In this document: positions 52,665-64,000 of the stretch, one piece after another
Position numbering within the stretch: position 1 is the first letter of the stretch
Layout: the number at the start of each line of letters is the position of its first letter
From: Anthoceros angustus
Lineage: Eukaryota; Plantae; Anthocerotophyta
Direction of reading: 5' to 3'
DNA length: 64,000 bases
Assembly (NCBI GenBank): GCA_010909165.1
Contig: VJWM01000239.1
Coordinates: 186,001 to 250,000 of the forward strand
Made by a program: the position numbers and the translations under genes
The notes under the pieces: model-generated
The model's database searches: none
The model's input: the letters and a program-made list of their open reading frames with translations, nothing else
What the model was told of the DNA's origin: nothing

Positions 52665-55298
52665 ATGTCAGAAGCAATTCGGACAGGCATTCAGCCTCTG
52701 GAAGCAGAAGAATTTCGGAGTCTGGGTCACAAGACGGTAGATTTCCTGGCAGACTACTTCAAAAACGTTGAGAATTACCCGGTCCGGAGCCCTGTGAAGG
52801 TGAGGACTCGCCATGAAAGTTTGAGAAGTTTCTGTTGCTGATGTACGGATCCCGGACGAAGACTGACGGACTGAAATTCAGCCAGGGTACCTGCAACAAC
52901 TTCTGCCGACATCTGCACCCGAGGATGCAGAATCGTTTGACAAAGTTATGGCTGGTTAGGACCGCGCATATCCAACTTCTCAAGGCGTCAGACTCCTCAC
53001 CTCGCCGGCTGGAAGTAGGTGGAATCGATTGGCAGCAGCTGATGACCTGTTTTTCTTGACGCAGATGTGCAAGCCAAGATATTGCCGGGTGTCACACATT
53101 GGCAGAGCCCGAACTTCTTTGCGTTCTTTCCTGCAAACACCAGCACTGCAGGTATTTTGGGCGAATTGCTTTCTGGAGGCCTAAACACCATAGGATTCAA
53201 CTGGATGTCCTGTCCAGCTGCCACTGAGCTGGAAGCAATAGTTCTCAACTGGCTCGGCAAGATCTTACAGCTTCCAGAAGCCTTTCTGTTCCCAGGTAAT
53301 CACGGTTATACCTCAGATTTACAGTTCTGCTAGGGGAAACCATTCATGCTTCCGACTTCTGAGGCATACGTTCATCTGTGTGTGGCAATAATAGGTCGAG
53401 GCGGGGGAGTTATTCAAGGCACGTCCAGTGAGGCGGCACTCGTGACGGTCTTGGCTGCAAGGACCCGGTTCACACAGAAATCTTCTCAGGTCTATGCTTC
53501 TCCTTCCAGAACTCCAGTTCTGGAGAAGCTTGTGGTGTATTCGTCAGACCAAACACATTCAATGGTCTTGAAAGCCAGTCGGGTTAGTCCCGATCCTCAT
53601 GGTCTAAACGTATGTCCATCGTGCGCTGTCTCCCTTATTGTGAGGTCCTAACTTTTAAGTGAACGACTACCTTTCTACAGATCTCAGGCATCCACGCAGA
53701 TAACATCAGAATCCTGCCGACCAGTTTGGATGATAATTATGCACTCTCTCCCGCTGTACTGAGAAGAGCGATTGTGAGGGATATCGAAGCTGGTTTGATC
53801 CCCTTCTATCTCTGTGCAACTGTGAGTATTGAAGCTCAAATCCTCAGACCTGACAACCATTCTTGCATAGCATGCTGCAGGTTGACTGCCCAAATCAACA
53901 TGTTGCTTGATTGTGCAGGTGGGAACCACTTCGTCAGCTGCTATGGACCCCTTGTCTGAGCTTGGCATGCTCGCTCAGGTAAGCTTGCGTTTCCTTCCGT
54001 GAATTCTAAGCCGTTGGTTCTTCAATGAACTTTGAGGTTGCCTGGTTTCCTCGAGGAATGGTGGATTACTGTTGTGATACGTGAGCTGCTTGCAGGAATA
54101 CTCCATGTGGTTCCACGTCGATGCTGCATACGCAGGCTCCGCTTGCATTTGTCCTGAGTACCAGCATTTGCTGGAAGGAGTGGACAAGGCCGACTCCTTC
54201 AGCACGAATGCACATAAGTGGCTTTTGACAACATTTGACTGCTGTTGCCTCTGGGTCCAGGTACCGTTGAGCAACTCTGTCTGGAAAACCAGTAAGTGAA
54301 TGACAGAATCTCAAAATACGCAATGACGAGCTTTGCTGATTTGCAGGATTCGCAGGCACTAGTTGCTGCGCTTTCCACCAATCCGGAGTTCCTCAGAAAC
54401 AAGGTGCGCATTAGAGTACACAGTTCCAACCACACTCATTCTTTCCCCTTCTAGGTCCAACATCAGAGCTGTGCTGCTCCATTGATCACTAGGCATCGGA
54501 AGAAAGTTTGGTGATCGACTACAAAGACTGGCAAATCCCCCTTGGTCGTCGTTTCAGGTGACAAGGCTACTGTCATAGTGCAACTGACATGCCGCGATTT
54601 TCAAATGCACCTGACAGTGCTAAACCACTCGAAGAGTACAGGGCTCTGAAGCTGTGGATGGTGTTACGACTACATGGTGTCTCCAATCTACGCGGCTACA
54701 TCAGGAATCACGTCAAGCTTGCGGAACACTTTGAAAATCTAGTCCGAGGAGACCATCGGTTTCAGGTTATTAGCATGTAGTTTGCACAGGCAGGAAGACG
54801 ACCAACTAAATGGCATCATCTGCTTTGCCACTGATAAGCAACAATCTGTGGCCCGTGCAGATGCTTGCCCCTAGGGCGCTGAGCCTGGTGTGCTTCCGCC
54901 TCAAACCACTCTCTGGAGACACCGACAACGGCTATACTCTCAATTCCGGACTTCTGGAAGCCATCAACAACAAGGGGCGCTGCTTTTTCACGCACACGGT
55001 GTTCCTCCATGCTGCTAGGGTTACAAGTAGTAGTCTTTGTTGGATCCTGCTAGGCTGGGATTTAAGACCACCTTCTGAATCTGCCGTGCACTGACAGGTT
55101 CTCTCTGGAGTTTACACAATTCGAATGGCTGTCGGATCTCCTCTCACCCAGCAAAGGCATGTGGATGCGGCATGGAAGGCGTTGTCGGCGGAGGCTGATT
55201 CTCTGTACGCAGCTAGGGCTCTGTCTGTCACCAGTAGCATCCAGGCGAACACTGCTGCAGAGGAGCTGCAACCAGCATCAGCACTAAGCCCAGTATAG
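52665..55298 (+). CDS. Aromatic L-amino acid decarboxylase family (group II PLP) enzyme with an aldehyde-synthase-type catalytic loop
   Basis: [26 protein letters not shown]-like [26 protein letters not shown] lysine [15 protein letters not shown]|[22 protein letters not shown]; stop 55296-55298. Confidence 0.93.
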
Positions 55299-55561
55299 GT
55301 TAGGTTCGTTAGAGTTCGGTAGCACAACGATGGTTCACTGAAGCTAGATTGTGCATCTAAGACGATTGATGGTTTGAAACATGGTTAGCGCATGCGCAAT
55401 CAAACTGACCCCCCTGGTACAGTTCACCTGCAGCTAGTTGCTTAACAGCATTTTTTTCTTTCCGCGTTCTGGAGCAATTGTGCAAGTTGCACAGGAATCT
55501 GCTGCCATGTGCAAGTTGCGAAGGAAGAGTGACGAGAATCCTTTACCGACCATATTGAGAA

Positions 55562-56100
55562 GGATTGCTGGAAGAAAAAGGCTGGTGAGCCTCGACGAAG
55601 GATTGCTGGAAGAAAAAAGCTGTGAGCCTTGCTGGAAGAAAAAGGCTGGTGAGCCTCGACGAGATGCAAGTCTTCCTGAATCAAATGTTACAACCACAAA
55701 AGCTAAGTCCCCCACAATCTTAGCTGTTTGTCTTTCATCTGGCCATTCTCAAGTAGAAACTTGGTTTTTAGATTCTGGAGCATTAGTCATATTTGTTTTG
55801 ACAGACACTCATTTAAAACTTTGTAGGAACTTGGTTTTTAGATTCTGGAGCCATTAGTCATATTTGTTTTGACAGACACTCATTTAAAACTTTCTCACCC
55901 ATGGCATCAGTTTGTGCTTTTGGGTGATGACAGTGGGCTTTCCATCAAAGGCTTGGGCTGGGTGGGTGATGACAGTGGGCTTTCCATCAAAGGCTTGGGC
56001 TGGGTGATGACAGTGGGCTTTCCATCAAAAGCTTGGGCTCAGTGATCATACAGTCCCAAATCCATCAAAGGCTTGGGCTCAGTGGTCATACAGTCCCAAA
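55562..56100. repeat. Three adjacent short tandem arrays (~26-38 bp x3, ~70 bp x2, ~38 bp x3 plus variants)
   Basis: tgctggaagaaaaaggctggtgagcc (55562-55662); aacttggtttttagattctggag..aaaacttt (55758-55894); tgggtgatgacagtgggctttccatcaaaggcttgggc (55921-56100). Confidence 0.9.
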
Positions 56101-56498
56101 CGGGGTCTTCACTCTTCTGGTGTTTTTGTGACAACTTAATCATTGACATCAAATTTTTGGTCAATCTGGTTGCATTGTAACGCATGTTCCATCAAGTCAC
56201 AACCTTTTCGTAAGGTCGTAAGGTCTTGTCAGTTGATGACACAAGAATTGATATCGAGGAGCAAGATATACACTTCCTTGCTCAATCGCTCCTCTGCCTG
56301 GACCAATTCCCCTGCTTGGAGTGCTAATGTGAGATAACAGCTGAAACAGGTTTCTCGGAGCAATTGCTGACCTCTATCTCACAACGCCATACCTTGAGGC
56401 ACCTTCATGAGGCCTAGACCAGTGGACAGGACCTGACCGCTAGTCTAGGGCAAGAAGCTCCAACTCTGCAGATCACCAAAAGGAAAAGATGAGTGACA

Positions 56499-59214
56499 TC
56501 AAGTGCTGGGGCGTCTTCGCTTGGCTTCACGTGCATCAGAGAGGCTCAAGCCTAATGATGCATCCTCCTGTACATTCTTCCTGGGATCGTGTCTCGACCC
56601 CGGATCAGGTTCGCGATGAGAAATACCAGACAGAGATATTCCCATGCCCTCCGGAGCAAGATACTCCGCCTCCCACTCGCGGGAGACCCGCCTTCCCTCA
56701 GCACCACAAGAAGCAAATCCGGGTGTGTCGGCCTGTGATTCACCCTCTCTGCTAGGGTAGGTCATAAATGACCTGGTGGACGTATCAGGTGTTAAGGAAT
56801 GCTCCACCAGAGCCTGGGGAAGTTTCTTGCCTGTTTCCCAGGCCACATGTATTAACAACTTGCCAAAATTGAGAGTGTGGTAAACGAGACTGGGTGTATA
56901 TTCCAACTATCTGTCTAATACTTGGGACTGACCTAGGTACTCCTGAGACTGAGGGACCATCTCTACTTGCAGGTCCGCATCTAAGCACACGCGTACAAAA
57001 ATTGTGAACTGTCAGTAAAAGGAGTAACGTGAGACGGTGAAGAGGCGACAAACACATGGGCAACAGTGTACCAGCACCAGTGATTACGAGATCCAGTTGA
57101 AGAAGATTCAACAGCCGGCCTAGATCAACTCCACTCGTCCAATTCTCCGGCCCGTGGCCATTACGCAGCTTCAATCTGCCCCGGTTTGCAGTGCCCCCCC
57201 ATATGATGCCGATGGGTCTAGGTTTTCGAGATGGCTCAGTAGGTACTACGAGTATGAGGCTTCCACTGTCCCCTTCCAAATCAAAACTTTGCTTGTTCTC
57301 GCCGACGATCAAGAAGTCTGTAAAAAAGCATATCCCGTTCTCGTCGTTGTATTCCACCGCATAAGCCATGATCACGCCCCTCGTCAGACCCGAGCTCCTT
57401 CCCACCTTCAACACGGTCTTCCCTACCACACTATCAACAGAGCCCTGAAGGTCAACGTTCATGACCTCTCCCATTTCCCCAACCCCCTTGATAGTTGTTG
57501 TCACATTACCCAGATCAAACGCTTCCGTAAAAGGAATGAAGGCCCCATCAGCTCGTACGAACGATTCTGTTCCAAACACACAAGACGACATCTGCATCGG
57601 TTAGGTAGTCTTCCACGCACTAAGAAGTCGGTGCCCACAAGAAAGTCAGGCAATGCTGCTGCGCTACGCAAGGAGACATCGGAATCATGGAGGGCAGTGG
57701 TGGTGTGATTGACCTGGATTCATCCCTGCAAAGATGCCATACCACAAGTCATCCGTAACAAATGACGTGGCCCTTTCCACCGCACCCAAGAGCACCCCAG
57801 GCCCAAGCTTGGGAGGTAGCGGATGAAACATTTTCTGGTTAGGATAGTCGAGGTCCACAGCCACGTGCCGGTTTGTCAAAAACCCCAACTGCTTCAGCCC
57901 CGTCTGGCTCCTGACTACAGCCCCTAGCGTTCCATAAGTCTCCTGGCTCGCAACCTGAAGCGAGTTTTAGAAACATCCTCAGAAAGAGCAGCAGCAACAC
58001 TGCTGGAATTTGCTTGTGCAACGGAGATGCTCCAACAGGTACACAGCAATAACTCTTGAAAGACATCCCGAGAAATGAACTGAAGCATGAGCCGAGACTT
58101 GATTCGGAAACGAAGAAGGTCAAGAAAATGAAGGCGAAGGAAGCGAGCAGAGCTACGCATCAGGAAACAGAGGAGTTCGTCCAGGCAAGGCAGCCTGTCA
58201 AGGTTATGGAAAGGAATAATGCATTGAAACAGGCAACCGAGGAGGAGGCGTGAGTCCTGGTTACAAAGACGCGACCTGGCGGGAGAAACATGCACCTGCG
58301 AACCAGATCCAATATAAGGATCGTTCCCTCTCAGACCGTCTACCAGCTCGCCCTGAATAGGCTCCCTGGGAGCTGCAGTGGGAGATGTATAGTGCGAAAA
58401 TTCCAGCACATCCACATCACACCACACGCCTCCGGGCCCCTGGAGGACCACAAGCAGATATGAGTGAACAAGGGCGCAAAACTGAGTCCACAGCCAAACC
58501 GATGAAACAGCTCTCACCTCCAGAACGGTAGGCAGGCGCTGCACCTCGAGCAGCCACTGCACATGGACCTTCCTGGCCACAAAAACCACAATGGCGGGAG
58601 TGGAAGTGAGCACTCCGCCGCGAATCCTGAATCCAAGCGCGGTCCCGAGGCTGTGGCGGCGGAGGGCCTTGCTGTGGAAGGCGCGCACCGTCATGAGCTC
58701 GAGGAGCGTGGTGGCCTGGAGGCCGCGAGGGCGGGGGAAGGAGGTGGCATCCTGCTCGCCGAGCACGTCCTTCTGGAGGCCGTAGAAGTAGGAGGCGCGC
58801 TCCTCAGGGGTGCCATGGTTGCCGCGCCCCGAGGTCGGCCACAACACGTAGGCGGCGCTAGTGTCGGAATGTTGCCCGCCGAGATGCAGATGCAGGGTAG
58901 ATGGCGGTCCCGGATTGCAGGTGCGCCAGCCACGACTTCTTGCTCTTCTTGCCCTGCAGCGCGCCCGCCAGCGACTGCAGCAGCGGCTTGCCCTGCTGCG
59001 AGCCCGAGCCCGATCCCGATCCCGGCGCGGCATTGAGCGACAGCAGCGCGCTGGTGCGCGGAGCCGCGCTCTGGAACGCGTACTTCATTATGTGGCCGAC
59101 CATCTGCAGCGGCAGGGCCGAATGCGCCAACAGATTCCACACGCGCTCCGGGGCCGTCCCGGCGCCATCCAGCCCCGAGTGCGAGAAAGCGCAGGCCATG
59201 GCAGGCGCCTCCAA
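56499..59214 (-). CDS. NAL1: NARROW LEAF 1-like trypsin-family serine protease with two reading-frame anomalies
   Basis: GGQHSDTSAAYVLWP, ATTLLELMTVRAFHSK, GPGGVWCDVDV, catalytic triad TNRHVA / RADGAF / EGDSGS, ENWTSGVDLG. Start and stop are uncertain (see findings). Confidence 0.85.
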
Positions 59215-59741
59215 CTCCGACTCCGCCTCCCAGCCCGACGCCCCACTTGCTAAAGGCGCCGCGGCAGTGGCAGCGGCAGTGACAGTGGCAGTGGCAGTGG
59301 CGTGACAGTGGCAGAGGCAGAGGCAGTGGCAGAGGCAATGACTCGGGGGAGGAAGGCGTCATCCGCCTTCTCTCGCACGCTCCGTCTTCCTTCGACTCCG
59401 CTGCCACCAGCTGGTGTTGGGTTAAGGCGGACGCACATAGTAATGTCGCTAATGGTGGCCGTTTCCCTTGTAACCCGACCCGGCCCGGGTTTTGAGTACG
59501 ACAAGCATTGATTGCCTACCTACCCGGCCTACCCGGCCCTCCCCGCTGCCTCCTCTTTGCCCTTCCCCTCTCCTGCCCGCTCCCCGTAGAGCTCTCTCCC
59601 CGTCGTTTTCAAGCCCCTCATCTTCCTCCTCTCAACCCAATCCCCGCTGGTTTCAAAACTTGCGGCACCTCCGGCACCGGCTTGGAAGCTTGAGGAGGAG
59701 AAGAAGTAGTTTATTATTGTCTACTAGGATGGAATTTGGTG

Positions 59742-59814
59742 TTTAGGGTTTAGGGTTTAGCTAAGACCACGCGTTATGCGATTGTGGATTGCGGATGGAA
59801 TTTAGGGTTTAGGG
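59742..59814 (+). repeat. Short TTTAGGG tracts (telo-box cluster) upstream of NAL1
   Basis: (TTTAGGG)2TTTAG at 59742-59760 and (TTTAGGG)2 at 59801-59814. Confidence 0.8.
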
Positions 59815-60039
59815 TAAGACCAATGCACAAATGTGGGAGGGGATGCACGCTCAATTATGCCGTGCGAGGGGATGCACACCCTGATATGCCGTGCCATGTG
59901 GCCGGAATGCTAGGCAAATTGTGGAACAACTCAGCTAGGCGAATTGCGGAACAATTGACATGCTCGAAGGAACAATTGACATGCTCGAAAGGCTTTCAAC
60001 ACAGTCTCTAAGACCGCAATTTGTATAGAGCTCAGGGAT

Positions 60040-61920
60040 GTAAGCTAGCACATGGCAAGTCTTATACTTTCGTCCGCTCTTTTTATGGTTCCCCATTTAC
60101 CCTCTACTTTCAGCACAAACCATTTAAGGAAGCGGTTACTGTGCTGGACTTGTCGACCGATAGAAAGCCCCCTAGGGATTCCCTTGGGAGTGCCCTCTTT
60201 GCCGTTGCACACTTCAGGGCCCTGGCCATTACTGTCGGCGCGATCAGAGAGTGTCTCTTTCTGTCGGCGGCGGACTACACTCATATCTTACGACCTGGGG
60301 CAAGGTCAGGGAAGCTTTCACACTCTTCTTCTCGGAGCTCTCCCACTTAGGTTTGAGGGTCAAGATTCTGAAATGCAATGTTACGTCCCCGTCTGGCATT
60401 ACTCCCTTTCTTCAATTTCCTGGGGGGGACATTGTTCCTTCACAGGGACTTCGCATCTTGGGAGTCCCTGTGGCATCTTCGGCCTTTATTTAGGGTTTTA
60501 TGGATAAGGCTTTAAAGGAGGACTTGGCCCACATCAGCGACCTATCTCTATTAAGGGACCCTCAGGTAGCATTTGGCATCCTTCTGTCCTGCCTCGCTAT
60601 CGGCCGGGTTATCTCACCAAGACAGTGGCCCCCTCCCCAGCTTTTTTAGTAAGCTTGCAGAATTTTCATGTACAGATTATGCAAGCACTTGGAGACATTT
60701 TCGGATTCTGTGTGGTTAAGATCGGATCGTCATCGAGCGAACGACTGGACCAGGAGTAGCAAAACAAACGCAAACAACGCAAACAGGACAGGCAAAACGC
60801 AAAAGCGCGAGTGAAGGCCATAACCATAGGTCTATTGGCCATGGAGGCCTCGCCATCGGCGGCCTTCCTCAGGAGGGGCCCTCTCTACCTCCGTCTTCAT
60901 CACTCGTTAATCGCTGATGTTCCCATCTTGGAGGCCTTTGTCTTGGGCGTTGAAGAAGGGGCCTTCCCTTTGCAAGCTTCCCTTAAGTTGGCCAAGGACT
61001 CCCTTTCCTCCGAGGCTAGGGCAACCATGCCTCCCTTTTCCTCGTTTTCCGTGGAAGGGCTACGTGGCCTTCACGCCTCTCTTCAGGAGAAGCAGCACAA
61101 GCGAGCACAGCGGGCAATCCTTCTGGACTCTACTATTCCCCGGCCTGTTCGTACCCGCATGCGCTCTTGCTTGGGGAAGGGAGCAGGCTCCTGTCTTCTG
61201 GCTCAGCCTTGCATCTAGGCATTCCGAATCGTACCAGCTTCTTTTTCTACTGTGATGGGGTTCTGCCTAGTTTTGGTTAAGCCTCTGGCCTGATCAATCC
61301 CAACCTATAGCTGTGGGGCCCTTCTCCATGACTCAAGTCCAACCTGGCTTGCTATCCATTTAGAGAGCAATGTATCGCTACGCATGACGCCATTTGCGGC
61401 ATCATGTTCTCAATGGCCAAGAAGAATGGTTATTTTCCATACAGGAGTGTCCATATACCTTGCACAATGGGGTATCGCTCAAGGTGGATCTATTTCTGAT
61501 CCGGGTGGACCAAATCTTTGTTGTGGATGTCGTCATAACGGACCCTACCCGGAACTCCATTTGTGAGCATGTCATTATCAACCCTCCGGGTTCAGCAGCA
61601 AAGGGATGCGCGATTGCCAAGGTACACAAGTACACACCTTAGGAGGAAGGCCACACCTTCATCCCCTTGCCATTGAGACTCACTAAGCTATGGGCAAGGA
61701 TTTTTCCCAGCTCATTAAGGATTGTGTTGAAGCCTACCATAATCGTCAAATCGGGGTGGGTCTCCCTCTTTCCTCGGTGGTAGCATTTTTTGGACAGCAT
61801 GTATTCATTGCTCTGCATAGGGTGCTAGCCAACGTCATTGCTCTACAGAGGGTGCTAGCCAACGTCATTGTAGTTCTTGAGTGCAGGAGACGTGGCGTCA
61901 TCGGCACCAGGTAGGCCTTT
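60040..61920 (+). mobile_element. Decayed RLE-type (CRE-like) non-LTR retrotransposon
   Basis: Degenerate RT motifs RDSLGSALFAVAH (QGDPLG-like) and FLSAADYTHIL (YADD-like); GLRILGVPV..KALKEDL..DPQVAF; C-terminal RHDAI..RVD..VDVVI..AKVHKY..FIPLAIE endonuclease-like segment; many stops and frameshifts. Confidence 0.75.
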
Positions 61921-63165
61921 CCTCATCTTGGACCACGACATAATCGGGCCGGTAGGAGGCACCAGGGGAACTAACCCCCTTATGGCAAAATCTTCGCCTG
62001 GCTCTTGGCCCTTTAGTGGGTTGTCCCTCGAAGAGCGAGGTACTTAGATGGTTTTCCCATCTCTTCGTTTTTTATAAATTCTCCATTGTTCGGAACAACT
62101 GACATCGTATGTTCCGATGTACGCACAAGGCTGTCCATATGTACTGACAACGCTGTCCGTATGTACTCACAAGGCTCTGGGCAGGCAGGCCATGGGCAGG
62201 ACATGCCACGCAGGATGTCACACGTGCCACGCATTATGGCTCCAGCGATTGAGACGCACGCCGGTGTCACATGGGAATCGGGTGGGTCCGGTTCACCGTA
62301 ACTGCGCTCTGTCACTTGCGAGTGTCGTTGATGGATGACAAAGAGAGTCAAGAGTCCACCACGCCTGGTTCGAGGGTTAGGGTTTGCGCGTTGCTTGAAG
62401 AGAGGGAGCCAGCCCTAGAGCTCTACGCCGGAGCAGCAGCAGTCGCGAAAGCTTCCTTTTGTTCGCACACCGAGCAGGGCCTTGCGGCTGTGGCCTTCGC
62501 CCGCGCTTTTGCGTCCTTTCTTGTTTGCGTTTGCTCTCGCTGCTCCTGGTCCAGTCGTTCGCCCGATGACGATCCTGTCTTAACCACACTGAAAGTCGGG
62601 GTGCGATGCGCAGCGCCTGCTCCTTCAGTCCGGTGTCTCCATCGCCTGCTCGCTTTCAGGCTGCCCGCGCAGGCCGGGAAGGGCCGCGAGGTGTTGGATC
62701 GGCGGGTGCTGGCATCCCTGAAAGCGTTCAGCTGATGGAGATTCCGGCGGAGCTTGTGTGAGCGTGGAGCTCCCCACATGTGGACAAACCTGGCCTAGAC
62801 TGAGGGCTTGCTACTGTTAGGTTTCGGTCTAGGAAGTTGCCTGTTTGGCGCCTCCATGATCAAGTTTGGTGTCTTGTTTCTTCTTCTGCTTGTTCTGGTT
62901 CTTTCTTCATCTTCTGGTTGCTGGGAGGATTTTGGACGCTCAGCGGGATTTTTCTTCACTTTCCTTGGTCTTGTATCTTCCTTCTTCTTCCGTGTCGTTT
63001 TCACTGCTCTCACCTGATCCTAGCTCTAAGGGGACGTGAATGATGATTCGCACAAGTTCGGATTCCCTCCGATGCTCTGCAAATGATGCACAACGTTGTC
63101 GTGACTGACACGCTCCTTGGTCACTCGTGAGTTCTATGTTGTCTGCAATTCAATATTAGTTCATT

Positions 63166-63363
63166 GTCTGCGAAGTTCGGCATGCCTCATGTGTATATGT
63201 TAAGTCATATTGTAACAGCCGGCCTAGTTCCTGTTTGCGAAGTCCGGCATGCCTCTCATATGTATGTGTCAAGTCATCTTGTAACAGCGGGCCTAGTTCC
63301 TTGTCTGCGCAGTTCGGCATGCTTCATGTGTATGCGGTGTTAAGTCCTCTATTAAAACAGCGG
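63166..63363. repeat. Three diverged ~65-bp tandem units
   Basis: tgcgaagttcggcatgcc..gttaagtca..taacagccggcctagttcc recurs three times. Confidence 0.85.
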
Positions 63364-64000
63364 GTGAACTTGATCTGACCCCGTTTGTGTCGGAAGTTGA
63401 CGAAAGTAAATGCCGTCAACGTGTGTCTCTTCCCTTTGCAGCTAGAACGCTTTGTTTTATCTGGACGAGCCACGTTGAACACTTTGTGATGTGTACGTCT
63501 ATTTGTGATCTGCATTTGACTTGACAGCTGCCAGTCAGTTTTTGCGTCAGATCCCACCAGAGCCATGTGCCGGCGCATCACAAGTTTTATGAACTGACAG
63601 ACTGCCCTGCGTTGGGGGAAGGTGGGGGTCCCTGGGCTGCGTGACTGACGAGACGGTTGGTCCGTTCTCACATGCTGGACTGTAACAAGCAGTACGGTGT
63701 TGTCAGTCGTTACGAGCCGTAGCCGGAAGTGTTTCTGCTCCAGGTTTCTTTCCATGTTTTCTTTGCTTTGGACGAGCATTTGATGCCAGTCAACTGCGTC
63801 ACAACCCTGCTATCCTCCCTGGAAAATGATCCGGCTTCCCAATGATTGCCCGCAAGAGCCAAAGGTGGAATCCGCCAAAGCAGCACACATCCCTGACACT
63901 CACGTTATGCACATTCTATGTAGACACTACAAACTGTACAGCATCGGAGGCTACAGACTGCTGAGTGTAGGCATCTAAGCGGGAATCCTCCCAAGATCCT

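Noticed and set aside
55921-56100. CRISPR-like array (repeat tccatcaaaggcttgggct with spacers)
   Set aside because: The spacers are themselves repeated, the context is eukaryotic and there are no cas genes; it is an ordinary tandem array.
59742-59814. Chromosome end or interstitial telomere
   Set aside because: Only 2-3 units per tract, which fits telo-boxes.

Overview
Eukaryotic, gene-dense plant nuclear DNA with short introns (mostly about 60-200 nt). Inference: a seed-free land plant, most likely a hornwort (Anthoceros-like), because of the DRH-ending PPR editing factor, the ciliary-type LC8 dynein light chain and the compact gene spacing. Gene order: 3' part of FtsH12, a PHD-PHD-telobox Myb gene, LC8 (x2), PIG-F, CCDC137-like, FAHD1, DUF220, LPEAT2-like acyltransferase, two tandem sulfate transporters, a PLS-E+ PPR, a MOCOS-like PLP protein, a PDF-motif/PLS/DYW(DRH) PPR, LEA_3, an aromatic amino acid decarboxylase-family gene, a NAL1-like protease, and a decayed RLE-type non-LTR retrotransposon. 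The best biological leads are (1) a candidate U-to-C RNA editing PPR fused to an OSB-type ssDNA-binding PDF motif, (2) a decarboxylase with the Tyr-to-Phe aldehyde-synthase switch, and (3) frame anomalies in NAL1 plus a decayed partial duplicate of it. The most striking sequence structure is a 3.6-kb microhomology-joined mosaic at 22-25.6 kb, plus two ~2-kb tandem duplications. These carry homopolymer-indel signatures and may be assembly artefacts, so raw reads are needed. I found no rRNA, tRNA, CRISPR or prokaryotic system. All coordinates and translations were done by hand; family assignments come from recalled motifs, not database searches.
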